This document shows, in pieces, positions 12,802 to 27,635 of a DNA stretch of 64,000 nt; within the stretch, counting starts at the first letter, position 1, and every line of letters begins with the position of its first letter. Location of the stretch: assembly GCF_947563725.1 (NCBI RefSeq), contig NC_079159.1:100113559-100177558 (forward strand), written 5' to 3'. Position numbers and translations under genes: made by a program. This DNA is from Argiope bruennichi. Taxonomy: Eukaryota. Below the pieces are notes generated by a model, which worked only from the letters and a program-made list of their open reading frames with translations, did no database searches and was not told the DNA's origin.

Positions 12802-15800
12802 AAACGGATAAGTTCAGAGTGTAATCCAAAACCATATACACAAGATTTCTTTTAAATTTTGGACATTAATTAACTCCAAATGCAGTCCAGCGTTGTATTC
12901 AGTTGTTCTAGTTAAATTGTTCTTGTCCTTATAATTCAATAAAAGTATTCTACACTACACTTGTTTAAATTTTTGTTTGAAGTATTATTCATGATAAATA
13001 ATTACTATATTGTGAATTAGAAAATTTATTTTTTAAATATTTAATTAGACTAACAAAAACTGTGTTGAATTGTTATTGGGTGAATGAAATAGTATTATAG
13101 TAAGTTTTTTGGGCAGTCTGAATATTTGATGAAATTTAGCAATGTAGAGAGTATTATTTCTATGAACGAAAGTGAGTTTTTACATCTAAACCTAACTAAT
13201 TAGTTTTGCTTTAGTTTTTCTTTTTATAGATTGTCTTATAATACTATTAAGTTTTTTATCCTCTATGAAAGTAATGTGCAATGATAAGAGCACTTTATGC
13301 GTTATACTTTTTAATTGTTAAAATTTACAAAAATATTAGAAATTACTGATAAACATCAAAACTAAAAGATTACTATTGGGTTTCCTTATCAACTGTCTCT
13401 TTAAAGTTATATATTAGTTGCATCAAATATTCGTTTTTTTAAAGTTTTTTTTCATCTTGAGATAGTTATAAAGAGATTTATTTAATATGGCAAGTTATAA
13501 TTTTAAATTTACAATGAAGTCAAGGGTTTTTTTTTTTTAATATTTTAAAGAATTGCTTAGTTTGAATATCCACAAGCAAGATATCTGTAGATAAATGTAA
13601 AAGAAGCATGTAAAAAATCTTGTATTGTTATTAAATTGTAACATTAACGTGTAAAAGAATTTAAAGTTTAAAAATCAATTTTTTAATAAATATTTTTTAC
13701 TAATTATTTTATTTTTATATAAGTTTGAGCAAGGTCCTTCAATATATGATTCATTGAATAATCTTTTTTGAATACTTATTGTGATTAGAATGAATTGATG
13801 GTGATCCTTATTGTATTTTTAAAAAAAATAATTTTGCAAGTTACTAAAATTGTTGCAAAGGAAAGAGAGTATTAACTTTAAAGAATTAACTGTGGACATT
13901 ATAGAAAACAAGTAATACACAAATTCAGATAATTTGGTTTGATATAAATAATAAAAGTAAGTGGAAATTTAATATTAGATTTTAATAAAATTTAAAACTT
14001 AGTTTATTACTTGAAGGTTTATGATGAATTTTTCACTTTCAATCCTTATTTAAAATATGATTTTGGATATATATATATATATATTGTGTAAACTTGTTTA
14101 AATTGCATTATGCAGGGAAAATTAACATAGTTAATGCAATCAAATATCTATTTATATTCCTTGTGACACTTCATGTGTTTTATCCTTTATTATTTTTTAA
14201 TTTATATTCGGCAAAATAAGTATATTGTTATTTCTGATCTTTTTTAAAAGTAGTTTTATGTATAAAATGAAATAGATTAAGAAAACAAAGATTTTTTTTC
14301 TCAAATTTTATCTTATGCAAAATCATAATATATTTATTTATATGCAATCAAACCATATATGAATATTTACGCAACACCCTGCTAATATTTGTAAAATGTT
14401 TCAGAATATTAATACAAAAAATAACTATCTTTAAAATTTTTAAAAATTTCAGATCAGTACCAGATTTTTATTTCTTAGATTATGGGTTGGTATAGATGTA
14501 TCAATAATCTATAGGTAATTATGTAGTACAGTTCTTCTGCCTCTTTTATAATGCTATAAAAATTTTTTATCCTTTGAATGCATTATTGAAAAGAGATGTC
14601 TCATATTTTTAACCTATTCCTGATATGCTCTTGTAAAGTCTCTGTTTTAAGAGCATGTTTGAGAATTCATAAGAATGACATTTTTCTCATAATTGTTTCC
14701 TTCATAGTTATGTGAAAATTTTTCCCTAAGTAAATAAGTTGATAAAAATTGAAATGAGTCCTTAAGTAGGCTGTCACGTGCATTTCCACTAGATTTTTTC
14801 AGGGTAGCCAGATGTCCAGGAAACTGAGAAGGGTCTGGTAAAATCAGGGAAATTTGTTATAAAACTTGACATTTCTTTATAAAGTTGTAATTTTCCATAA
14901 GTAGAATGAAATATTGTTGGCAACTAATGCAAATAAAATTTTAATTGATAGTTTAGAATGGTCTGTAAAAGAAAGATTAACCACCATTTAATTTACTTCA
15001 TATATGTATAAATATATAATATTTTTGCCAAAAGTTTTTGTTTGCTTTTTTTCTTAATGACATCTACATAATTAGCGAAAATAGCAGTCTAACTAAAGCT
15101 CATTTCCTGTTGCTGTTATGAGCTTGCGCTTTAATGGGTCTCTTCTACTTAAAAAGATATATATATGGAACTATTGCCCCCTTCCTTTTTTCTTTGAATG
15201 TCAAATTGATCATATCATGTGTTATGAGAGATAAAGTATGAATTCTGAATATTTATATTCAAAATTAGTTGTAAAATATCGATCCATTATTATAATTCTA
15301 AAACAATTTATTTTAAGTAAGTAAATATTTTACAAATTTTTTTTATCCCTCTTGGAGATCTTTTTGTTGAATTATGAAATATCGTACGTTATTGCTATTA
15401 TTTCCATAAACCAAATTTTTTTTTAAATGTTATGAACATGGTTAACTAAATTCTTTGTATGAATGGATGACATAAAATGGACATTATTGATAATTTTTTT
15501 TTAATTTTTTGTTTGTTTAAAATTTTCCATACATTCAACATTAAAATAATATTTAACATGAGAAATTAATTTTTTGATACATAATAAGTACACATGCTTC
15601 TTGAATTTTTTTTTTTTTTTTTAATATTTATAAAGGAGAAGGGCAGCTTTTTTCTTATAGGGTTTGATGTATGTAAAACTGTGTGGCACAAAAATTTACA
15701 AAATTCATTCAAACTTGTCTTTTTGAAATTTATTTCTTTTAATACAATAAAGAAGAAACTTGATAAGGACCAATTATCCTCTTTTTTCTCTGTTTTAAGC

Positions 15801-16384
15801 ATTGAGCCAGTATGTAAGAGATTTTTTTTTTTTTAATATAGTTGATGAGCTAAAAGTCAATGAAGTTTTGATTTCATTGAAGAATTTTTCTTATTTTGAT
15901 GAAGATATTAAATTTTGTATTTATAAATGAATTTTTTTTTTCTGATAGTAAGATTATTGTTCAGTTCTGATTGATATATTAGTAAACAATATGAATAGGG
16001 GTGAAACCAATAGAAGGAAATAAATTATTATTTTAGTACTACATTTTTTGCGAGTATATTTGACAAACAGTTTTGAGATATGACTGGTTGGCTAAGGGGC
16101 GGTCTAGATGGGGATGTGTCTTCTAGTGTTCGTTAATACATTTTCAAAAAAAAAAAAAGGTGGAGGGGAGGGGATTTTACATAATTTAAGTTTGTCTGAA
16201 ATTCAATAAATGAAAATCACTTTTGTTTTGTTCTGAGAATGAAATTCTATTTTACATTGATTTTAGTTAAAGAGTAGAACAATTTTACAATACAATTAAG
16301 AACGTATTGTACAATAATTAAAAAGAAAACGTCAAGCTACAATTTAGGGAATTTCAAATGGCAAAAATGCTAGCCACTCTGTTT

Positions 16385-16480
16385 TTCTATTTAAAAGAAC
16401 ATAAGCCGGCGTCCTGGCATAGGGGTAGCGCGTCTTCCCGTAATCTGGGCGTCCCGGTTCGAGCAATGTTGCTCTATCTG
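16385..16480 (+). repeat. tRNA-like pseudo-element (possible SINE head or tRNA pseudogene)
   Basis: It has a GC-rich core with a D-loop-like GGCATAGGGGTAGCGC and a T-loop-like GTCCCGGTTCGAGC. The flanking stems do not close into a valid cloverleaf. Confidence 0.25.
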
Positions 16481-19400
16481 TGAGGTGTGTGAATGTGCCC
16501 CCCTCCCCTACAAAAAGGGATTGTGCAAGCGAATGTGACGCATGAAATAGCTAAGTCGTATTCTCATAGTCTTTTTAGTTGATGGACATTAATTATGAAA
16601 TGTTAGTGATGGACGTTGTTTCTACGATGCAACGACTGATGTAATCAAGACAAATCTATTGAATCCATCTATTGACAGAATATAGAACTAAAGTGAAATC
16701 GTTAAAGAATTTTTTTTTTTTTTGATAATACATAACTTAAATAAATAAATTAAATTGATGGCTTTAAATAGATTTAAAATTAAGCTTAAATAGATAAATT
16801 AAGTCAAAATTAATTAAGCCTTAAATAAATTAATTAAGTATTAGTCATAATTAATAAATTTTTATTGATATAATTAATAGTTTTTAATAAAATGTGATTG
16901 AAAAGTAGATATTTGGAATAAATATTTAAAAATAACAAAGGCAAAAATATTTGTCATTATATAAGGAAAATGGCCATATTATAGCACAAGTTCCTAATTT
17001 TAGTTTATATGGTTACGTCATAATTCTGTGTAAACAAAACAAACCGGACGGGCGTTTTGTGTCGATTGCATCTGTTGCCGGTAACTCTATTGCCGGTAGT
17101 TTTGTGCAATCGGAAAAGCAGGTTTAAAATTTCTATTGCACTATTAGATATTCACATCTACTGCATTGAACCCGTATTTCCATTTCTTAATTAAAGATAC
17201 TTTGATCATCACCTTCAGATCTGGATTTCAACAGTTTCAATTATCCACCACTGTCCCAATCTACAGGTAATGGTGTCCACTTGATATTTTACATCCTTTT
17301 TCAGACTTTAATGTATATGGCCAATAAAATATTTAAGTATTTTTACATTATTTACTCTGTACACATTAATTAGACAGTAATAGTAAAATTATTTTTGTTG
17401 ATAGTTACTGAAATTGGTAAAATTATTTTTGTTGAGTTACTGAAACTGGTAAAATAAAATTGATAATTTTTAAAAATATATGTTAGTTCTTAGATTATAT
17501 AGTTTTTGAAATGTCCGTAAATTTTCCTTAGATTATATTACCATTTCATCGAATGTTATATATTTTGCGAAATTGTGTAATGTATTTTGCCTCCATTTTA
17601 TCTGTAGTTGACTAAGATTTTCATATTAATTATGTCAAGAGTAATCATAATTCATCACATGTTTTCAAATTTTAAATTTCTTATGCTTTTAGAAAGAGAT
17701 AGGTAGCTGCCATAATAAATATATATACAAAAGGAGGATCCCCCCTCAAATTTTAGACAATATTTTGTAGTTTGTAAAAATTCTACCATTAGGTTAACCG
17801 CATATGAGCAGTTTGATTAAGCTGTATATATTTGTTTTATTTAAAAATATTTTGATCGAAATTGGTTAGAAAGAATTAAAGAATAAATAAAGAATTAAAT
17901 AAATTTGCTTAATTTTTGTTACCATCTTCTTCATTGATGAACAGTCTTGTATAAAATCACTGTTATGAACTCTAGATGTAATATATACAGCCAATTCTAT
18001 ACAGTCAACTTAAGATGGTGTGCGTATAAGTGAATACTATATGTTACTTTTTATCAAGGAAATTATAATACATTATATATGTTATTTATATAGAGTATTA
18101 TCTAGTCAAAGCTCGGGGTAAAGTTATTGTTGGCAGTCATGGAAATTCTCAAAAACTATGTCATTCAAAATAAAGTTTCTAAAAGTTCTAATTTTGCTAG
18201 TAAAATAAAGTCATAAAGCATATAATGACATAGTTTAGTTCTAGATGCCTTATTCCTGACTGATTTTGTGCTTTTTATTGATCTCTAAAGCTCAATAGAA
18301 AATATATTTTATCCAAGACTATATGCTTAAACTTGACCTCTCCTAAAAGGCTAGCATGTTTTCATTCCTGCATGTGTTGCATTTGCTATATTATAGAACT
18401 TATGACTGTTAAAATATAATAAACTCTAAATAAAGATATATATGTGCTGTGTATAAATTAATTTTTGTAAAAGGAATTTATATCTTAGTTTAAAAATCAT
18501 CAATAAAGAGAGAGATAAAGCAATCTGCTGTTTTTTTTTCTTCAAAACATTATTACTCTTGTACTTTTTAACTAAAGAAAATAATTCTGTTAAGATATGA
18601 AATTTTCATTTTGTCAAATTACCTCAATTGAGTTAATTTAAGGGTTATTTTTTAAATTATTAATAATTATGCTTCTGAAAGTATATATATTTTAGAATAC
18701 TTCTTCAGCTATCTTTAAAATTTAATCGAATAAGAAAATTAAGCATCAGTGATGGTAATTAAGATGATTTTATTTTAAATGAAAAGGCACTATATGTTTC
18801 GAAGTTGATGAAAGCAGTCTTTAATTAAAAGAATGATTAAATGTAAAAGAAATAAAATCCATGATGGTTTGTCCAGTAGTGTAGCAGAGCTGCAACACCC
18901 CTCTGAAGTTATTTGTAGAATGTGTGTGTGTATTTTTCTTCTTATTTTTAATCATATTTGATTAGTTTCTATCATTGAGAATTTGAGGAAAAATGAAAAT
19001 AAAAAATTAATAATAATTAAAATAAAGAAGAAAAAAAAAGAGATATAGAGATTGAATCAATATATAGGAGATATAGAAGTTGGAACTCAAAAGTATCAAA
19101 ATTTATTTTTTAAACAATGCTTAAGTCAAAGAGGAAAACTTGCATTGTCATTCTGAAATCATCAGTGACCTGGTTATTCAAGCTGTAGCTTAAGATTGCT
19201 GCCTCACCAACTGATATCCCCCCCCCTCCCAAGGCACTTCTTTGCTCTTTATTTATTGATTTGCCATTCCCTGTTTTCTGTTACTTGATTTTTATCACCT
19301 AATAAAAACTCATTTGTTTTAATGTTCTTCTATTTTCTTTTGTTAAAAATCATTTATTTATCAATAAAGATATTTTTTATTAAATATCATTTAATAAAAA

Positions 19401-22400
19401 AAAATATGTTCATGAATATTCATTCTAACAGACAAGTAAAATAATTGCGATGCAAATTCTCATGCTGTTTCAAGATACTTATATTTTGAATGTATTTTCA
19501 TAAAGTTTTTTTTAGTAACATTTATTTTGAAATTGATAGGCTATCACTATGTAAAATTTTTGTTTTTGAATTCCATTGTAACCATGAGTTGGCATTTAAA
19601 TAATAAATACATTACAATTAGATCTGGGATCTGAGATTGACATTCCAATTACTATTTATCATTATCATTTAATCATTATTTTTGGAAATATATATTATTT
19701 TGAAAAGTAGCATTGCAAATTTTTCAGTTCTGTTTCATTTATTTAATAAATAAAAATATTCATAATTTCAAACATGAACTTTTAATATGTTTCTAGAACT
19801 CCCCCCCCCCTTCCTTCCTTTTTTTTTTTTTTTTCTTTTCTTTTGCATAAATGAATTATTGTAGATCTTTGTATTTTTTTCTATTGTGAATAATCTTTTG
19901 TTACATCATAATCTTTAAAAAAATTCTAAAGAAAAGATTTCATTAAAAGGATCTTTTAGTTGATATAAATGTTATTCAATAATTTCTTTTTATCTTGCTC
20001 AGAATTGATAATTCTTAAAATGAAATAGATAAGAATTTTGAAAAGGTTTGTGTGGAAGTGATAAGAAAAAAACCATTCTTCTGAAAAGCTATCGTTTCAA
20101 ATTACTTAGGCTCTTCAGATTACATACTGATAACATGGAAAGTTATTTTCATTATCAATTGTAATAACCTTTAAATGTTACATTTCTACAATACTGCTAA
20201 AATTATTATTTAGTTTACTTATGTCAGCTAATGAGTTTTAGTAATCTGATAAAAAGGAACATGAATGAGAAAATATAGTAAATTATGTGTAGAACTCTCT
20301 ATAGACTATAATAAATAATATATATAATTTGCTCTTGAAGAAGGGAAGAAAAAACACACACATTTTTTATTGGTTGGTATTGTACCCATGAAGAAAATGC
20401 CTATTTGAGATGGGAAAATTTTATATGAATATTTTGTAGCCCTTTGCAGTGTTGAGTCTGCTCAACATTCTAAATTGTGTATCACCTTGAATAGATAATG
20501 TTTATAAAAGCTACAAAATTGCAAATTTAAGTTCCTAGAATTACATCAGTTATCTATTAATAGAGCCTTTAAGCATGCATGTGGGTAATTATGCATCTAC
20601 TGGTATTTTGAAGCACAAGATTAATCGCTTAACTCTATGTTCATATATTATATATGTGTAGACAACATGTATTAAATTTTTTATTTATTTGTTGAGTGAA
20701 TGTGATGCATATGTTTTCCCCACTAAGTCCAATCACATTTCAGAATGTCTTTTGCAATAGATAATTCATTTTTATTAAAATTTGTATTTTATGAGTTTAC
20801 TGTTTTAACAATAAACATTTTTTAAACTGCAAACTGTGCTACTGTTTTTCTTTTTCACTGTGTATGAAAAAGTGTATCAGTGTTTAACAAATAATTCAAG
20901 ATATTGTTAGCAACAGAGAAGTTTAAAATTTAAAAAAAAAAAAAATATCTAAATTTGATATATGTTTATAAGAGGATCACTTTTAAAAAATGGTCAATAA
21001 GTAATTTTTCATTTAATTAATGGGTAACTTTATAATTTCAGCAACTTGAAAATATATATTAAAATTAAGAATGAATAAATTGAAAGAAAAAAATTTCATT
21101 GGTGGGTGAGGAAATTTGAAATGGGAGGAGAGGTGCAAGATTATTATGCAAGTCTGGTATGTGATAAAGAAGTTTGTCCTAAGATAAGTAATAATAAGGA
21201 TGTGAATCTGACTGAATTAAGTTGAAATTCCTCACTCCTATTCATTTCTGAATTGGCTTGTTACTGCAGAAAAAGACAATGGAATATTTTTCATTCATTA
21301 ATTTTTTTCATTAAAATTGTGTTGAAATTATAATGGCTTTGTAACACTTATTAGGTACATAATATATTCTGTTTCAACAGCATTATCCTTTTGGGTTTTG
21401 AAAACTTGAGAATAGAGAAAGAGTGAAGGCTAATATGAAAGAAATAAATGAATGAATATCTACAAATTTTTGTGCAGGGGAAGAATATACAATATTATTC
21501 ATTTAGGAATACTTTATTTTAATATGAAAGAAGGGGGGGGGGAGAATTACAGTCATAATTCTTTTTAGTAAAATTATGTTTGATTAAATGGATATTCTTA
21601 AGCCACTATAATCTTTATACATTAATACTCCAACATTAAGAATGAGTTTCAATAATTTTTTTAAAAATTATATTAAAATCTCTATAATTAGGATAACACT
21701 ACAGCAAAAATATTTTTGGAGGATGGAGCTTTTTTTCTCCTAGAAATTATAGAAAAATTCATAGGAAAGTATTTAACAGTTTTTAATAGATATATATTAA
21801 TAGATTTTTAAGTATATTAATATATAAAAAAATGGAAGATTATTTTCAAATTCTTTATATCTCGAAAGTAAATAAAGGCAAGAATTCAAAATGTGATACT
21901 TTGATTTCAGAATCTATCTAATGGGTGACATATGTTTGTTGAAATTATTTTTAGATTTTTTTCATGTTAACATTTTAGACAATACAGCAAAGAAATAGCA
22001 GAATGTGTTTGGGTTTTAACTATATAAATTAAATACAGCAATCCTATAAATAAGATATTGGGAATTGACAGATTAAATAATTTATTATTTTAAGTTTATA
22101 CTTTAAATTAATAAATCAAATTAGTGGTTTTACATGTTTATGGTTTGAATATGTCTTATGCTGAAATAAGGATGTGATCTGCTGTTTATAAAAAGTAACT
22201 CTCAATGAAAGTTTATTTCGGGATCATTAATTCAGGAATCTTGTGTGCTTTAATCAAAATGGTATTCTGTAGTCCATGCCATTAAAAAAAATACCATTTT
22301 TAAAAGCTAAAGAATATCATTTTTTAAATTTATTTTTTGAGACTAAATTTAATGATTTGGTAACATATTCTCTATTTAGTATAATGTTTACTCTTCATGA

Positions 22401-23918
22401 GGTTGAGGACATATGCCCAGTAAAGAGCCTTAAAAAAGCAGCAATGTACTAATCATGTTTTTAAAAAATGCATTTTCTATACTATGTATACTTGAAATAT
22501 TTAAAATTATAAAAAAAAATCTGGAAAAGAAATTTAAAATTAAATTTTGTTTTACGTATTTTTAGTAGTAAAATTAGTTTCTACTTAATTATTATAAATT
22601 TCAACTGATATTTCAAAACTGCAATCTTACATGGCTGTTATTATAATTAATCTGATATTAATATCCAAGATTTTTTTTTTTTTTTTCCTTTAAAGGTTCC
22701 TTTTAGTTTCTGAAAAATATTCATAAAATATTTTAGAAATATGCAATTAGTATATTCTTGATGTATAAAACTTAGTTTGCATGTAATGCTGTTTTAGTGA
22801 TAATGCCCCCCCCCCTCCCCATTTGTTCTTTCTGTGCAAAAAAAAAAAAAAAAAAAAACATACCAATGTCACATTTCTGGTTATCCATCCCCATCTTTTT
22901 TTTTTTTTTTTTTTTTTTTTTTGCTTGGCTTTTATAGGTTTTTTGCATTGAAATCTTGTTATAAATGCTTCTTTGAAATGTTTCATTCTGATTTCATTTG
23001 GCGGTAGGCTACATCATAAAATTAAACCTCATTGAACCATATATATGTTTTTTCCCCTCATAAAACTCAGGTTACTTTCAATTGCCTCTTCCTTGTTTAC
23101 TTTCTTGTCTTTTAGGTTTTGTAACTTACTGTCTTTGTGTATATCTGTTTTATAATTCATTCTTATTAAACTTTGCTCACTTTGGCTGACCATCAGTCTT
23201 GAATTATATTTTGACTGGTTGGTTACAAATTGAAAATTCCTTAATTTTTCAATAAAAAACTTTGAATTTCAAGAAAAATGGTTTTTGAAAGAAAACTAAA
23301 TGGTTTATTAGGGGTTTTTTTCTACTATTTACTTTTATTTTCAGAGTCTTTATGCCTCCTGAAAGATCTTCGCAGAGGAAAAAAAGGAGTTCTCAGGATT
23401 TGAGTGAGCATTTTATGCTTGAGTTCTAATTAAAGCTACAAACACCTCTTTTTTTGAAATTCAAAATATCTATTTATTATATTTAAATGGATTGATCTTT
23501 TATATTTGTGGAATTTTAAATGCAGTTTTAGCATGCAATGCTTGTTAAACAATTGATTAAATTTGGCAGGGAAAAGAAAGCATGAAAGAGATTGATTTTA
23601 CAAAGCTTATGCATTTCATTATTTCTCAGAAAAGTAATTAGATGAATGATTGCTGTAATTATGTAGCATATTGATTGTGATGATATGTTGGCTGATTTGA
23701 GGATGATCAATTGTTAGCAAAGTTTGCTGAATAATTATATATGTATCTTAAATTGACAGTATGAAGGTTATGATATAAGTTCCAAATGAAGAAGAAAAGT
23801 GTGTCTTGTTGGTTCAGCAAAAAGCATGAGAATAATTATATTTTCCCAAATATGTACTATTAAATATTAGAGTTGTCTTGTTACATCTGAAGTAACAATT
23901 TCTTAGCATGTGTATAAG

Positions 23919-23949
<31 letters not shown>

Positions 23950-25393
23950 CTTTTATAATCAGCTTTTTTTTAAAAGTTCTGTAGGTACTGAAATAATTAT
24001 TGGTAGCATTATGAAATTCATTTGTTAGCTGTGACTAGCTTCCTGTTTTTTGGTATGAAAGCTCATTAAGTGATTTTTTGTAAAGCTGTGCTATATACTA
24101 GCCAGTATACTTGTATAATTTCTTTTTCAGCCTGACAATTCTTAGGATATGAAGTATCATGTTTGATCATTTTTTTTACTTGTTTATTAGAAAAAAAATG
24201 CCTCCTGACCAGTTTTTTATTTCCTTTTATTGTCTCATAGTATTAGAGCATCTGAAAAAAATTTAATTGTAAAAAAATTAAGTATTGTTCTGGATTCCAT
24301 TTTTGTGTTTGTAGCCATAGTTTTGTATATTAATGTATTAGGTAGCAAGTTTAAAAGTTGGAAAGATTTTCAATTGAAAAATTTTTTGGATTTAGGTTCT
24401 TATAGTGTTGAATAAGGTCTGAGCATTGTTGTATGATTTATCAATTATCACCAACTTGAATTATATATCCCTTCCTATATTCTTGTGTATACAAGAAATA
24501 CTGCTGTTTCCATACTTTAAAATTTGAAATATCTTAAAATTGAACTGAAAATAGAAATTTTATTTAAAGATATTTCCAGTTCTTATTTGGACTAAATTTT
24601 ACTTTTAGCAATCATATGTTAATTTTGGGGAATTTGAGGAAACATGCTTAAAAAAAATAATTGCTAGATAATATTTTTTTCATTTGTTATGTAATCGTTT
24701 TGAAATTGGTATCTGTTAAGGGGGGGGGCGAGTATGGTTACTAAATGAATCTACTTCAAGTTAAAATTATTATTATGTTTAATATATAATAATTAATTTG
24801 TAATAGTTATTCAGTATAATTAATTCATTGGTCTATTTCAGTAATTCAACATCCGTTAGTTATCCTTTCTTCCTAATTGAATATTTTTATAATTTCTATT
24901 TGATATCTGTGTATTTCTTGTGTTTGAAATTCTTTGCTTTCATAATGTAAAATTATTAAGATTATTTCATTTGACTTAAATACAAAGAGTAAAAAATGTG
25001 CATGCATAGTGAGGGAAAAACTCTTTACCTTAAATAGATCAAAAGAGGAACCTTTTGTAAATTTGAGATTTGTTATTTAAGTCTAAAATTATTATTTTAT
25101 TTTGGAATTATTTTATTATATTTTTTTATGATTGAAAATTGTGATGTTGTGAAATAATTTGATTGTTTTACTAAATTAGTATTGATGTTTAATTTTATAT
25201 TGTTACATTTTAATCTTTAAGAGCATTTATATGTTTTTTATGTATTTATTTTTTCAATTTAGGATACTTTCCTATTTATCTAAAGAAGTAATGAAGCAGA
25301 AAATGCAGTTTCAGTAATAATTTTTATGTAAAACATTTTTATTTTTATATAAAAAGTACTAATAAAGCTTAATTGTCAAATCTTCTTGAAGGT

Positions 25394-25548
25394 ATGGCTC
25401 CTCACAAAGAATCAGATGTCAGCTCTAAAGGAGAAAAGAGTATTTTTAGAATTGCTCCTTACAAGTATATGCATGTGTTAGACCAAACAACAAACATTAC
25501 CAGAGTTGAAATTGGACCAAAGACTTATATTCGACAAGAAAATGAGCG
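25394..25548 (+). CDS. MVP: Major vault protein, coding exon 1 (ATG at 25394; the ORF-track start at 25373 is a TTG)
   Basis: [52 protein letters not shown] aligns with human [39 protein letters not shown]. The donor reads cg|gtatgt. Confidence 0.8.
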
Positions 25549-25647
25549 GTATGTTCTTTTCTTTATGCAGATTTTTAATAAGATGGATAATTTTACCTAT
25601 AATTGACTTGGGTGATATATAGTTTCATTTTTAATTGTTTATTTCAG

Positions 25648-25843
25648 AGTTCTGCTTGGACCAGATGATATGATAATTATTCCTCCATGTCATTATTGTA
25701 CTATTCGTAATCCTGTTGTTAGAAATGCAGAAAATGCCTTGGTATATGATAAAGTTGGCCAGATAAAATTGAAACATGGAGATTTGGAAGTGAGATTAGA
25801 GCAAGAACCATTTCCACTATATCCTGGAGAAATTATTGATATG
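25648..25843 (+). CDS. MVP: MVP coding exon 2
   Basis: The acceptor reads atttcag|a. The exon encodes (R)[65 protein letters not shown], matching human VPPRHYCTVANPV...[23 protein letters not shown]. The donor reads atg|gtatgc. Confidence 0.8.
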
Positions 25844-27514
25844 GTATGCTTAGGCAATTATGTTTTAAAGAATTTGTTTTAATTGTAATTGAATTTACAC
25901 AATCTTTATTTTAGATTTTAATATTCTGTATGTAAAATTTATTTTGAACAATTTACTGCAAGTTTCTCTAGATTTTCCTTAATATTCTGGCTTAAATATA
26001 TAATTACTTGTTAAAATAAATGGTAATTTAAAATATATATATATATATAAATTAATTTTTGAATTCATCAATATTGATTGACGCAGTTAAACAAACTGCA
26101 ACCATATAAAAATATTGACATTTTTTTTCGTGAGATATTTAAATTGCACAACTGACATTCTGTTGCACAGTTAATATCTAATGAGTTCTACTACTTATAA
26201 TTAATATTACTACCAAGAATTCATCAAGCATGTTCAAATAGATTATTTAAATGAAAGACAATAGTGATTTGACAGACTCAAAAGATCACATGCAAATAAA
26301 AAAAAAATGGCTAAGGTATGAATATCTTTTAAAATATCATATACAGAATTTAGAACCACTTTTTCAAATGGGAATTAGTATATGGCTTGATTTAGGAATT
26401 TCAAAGGTTACAACTTAATTGAATTTTTCTCTCATTACTCGATTGCTCAAAAAAATAACAGTATTACTTCAAAAAAAAATGTTTTAAATATTTATAACAC
26501 TACAGAAATTCAAATTTCTCATTTAATACACCATGAGTGATTTACAAGTTTCAGTTTTATGCAAGAAGTTTAATAATTTTTGTTTCAATCTTTTATCTGC
26601 CTGAGAGAATGTTGTCATCATGTCAAGTAATTAGGAATTTGATTGTGCTTTTTTTTTTTACTATGCATATAGCCTAAACTGTGCATGTTGATGCCTCTTT
26701 ATTCAGAGACAATGAAAAATGTGTTGCTTCTCCTTTTCATGAGAGATCCAGTTTTCAAAAAATAAACTTTCTAGTTTAGAATGAAATCATTAAACATAAT
26801 TCTATCGAACTGCATCTCTTTGATTGTGGTTCAGTAACTTACCACAAATATGTGATCGAAATCTTGGAATACCATGTTAGAATATTTAGAAGTGTCATTT
26901 TGCAAGATATTTATTTATGAATGACAAATTTCTCCAGCATTTAACATCCCTATTAAAATATTTAAGAAAAGATGGTTTGTAAACATGAATAAGCCAGTTC
27001 ATGTACCTTACTTGAACATATTTGGGTTTTTGTAAGATGTTAAAAGATTATAAAAAGAACATTTTCAGAAAGCTTAATCATCTGTATATTAAATCATAAG
27101 GAATTAATAGCATGTGAGAATATCATTTCTGTTGAAGGTAATCTATCATCTTTTTAAGAAAGATTTATTGTAAATCAGGTGGAATCATTTATCCATTATT
27201 TTTTAAATTTTTATAAATTCAATTTCTAATCCAAAAATAAATTAATCAATCAAAAGAAATAGTAGTTTATGTTAAATCATGTTTATGTTCAATTTTCAGT
27301 ATGTAGTGATCAAATTTGCATTCAGATATATCATTACTTATGCTTCATAAAGGTTTTATTTTGTTGATATTTTATTTTATTGCAACTAAATAGTGTATGT
27401 CTCTCATGTAGTGATTTAAGTATGAAATTAGTTATTGAATATAAAAAGTGCTCAAATATTTTATTTCTGGAATGGCTGCATATGGTGTGAAAGTGTATTT
27501 AATTTGTATTTCAG

Positions 27515-27635
27515 CCAGTAACTCCTTTGACTGTTGTATCAGCTAACAGTGCTTTAAGGTTAACCGCAATTCGAGATTTTGAAGATGGAGATATCAATAG
27601 AACTGCTGGAGATGAATGGTTATTTGAAGGCCCAG
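27515..27635 (+). CDS. MVP: MVP coding exon 3
   Basis: tcag|[40 protein letters not shown](G) aligns with human ITPLQVV...[25 protein letters not shown]. The donor reads cccag|gtaaaa. Confidence 0.78.

Noticed and set aside
16385-16480. Functional tRNA gene call
   Set aside because: D- and T-loop-like boxes are present, but no 7-bp acceptor stem or 5-bp T-stem can be formed. It is retained only as a tRNA-like pseudo-element.
22747-22986. 79-aa ORF containing a poly-Lys (KKKKKKKKKK) run and a poly-Phe run
   Set aside because: It is a translation of the A20/T34 homopolymer tracts and is not a gene.
25373-25393. ORF-track start of MVP exon 1 at 25373
   Set aside because: Position 25373 is a TTG. 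The first ATG in frame is 25394, and upstream of it the frame has no homology to MVP.
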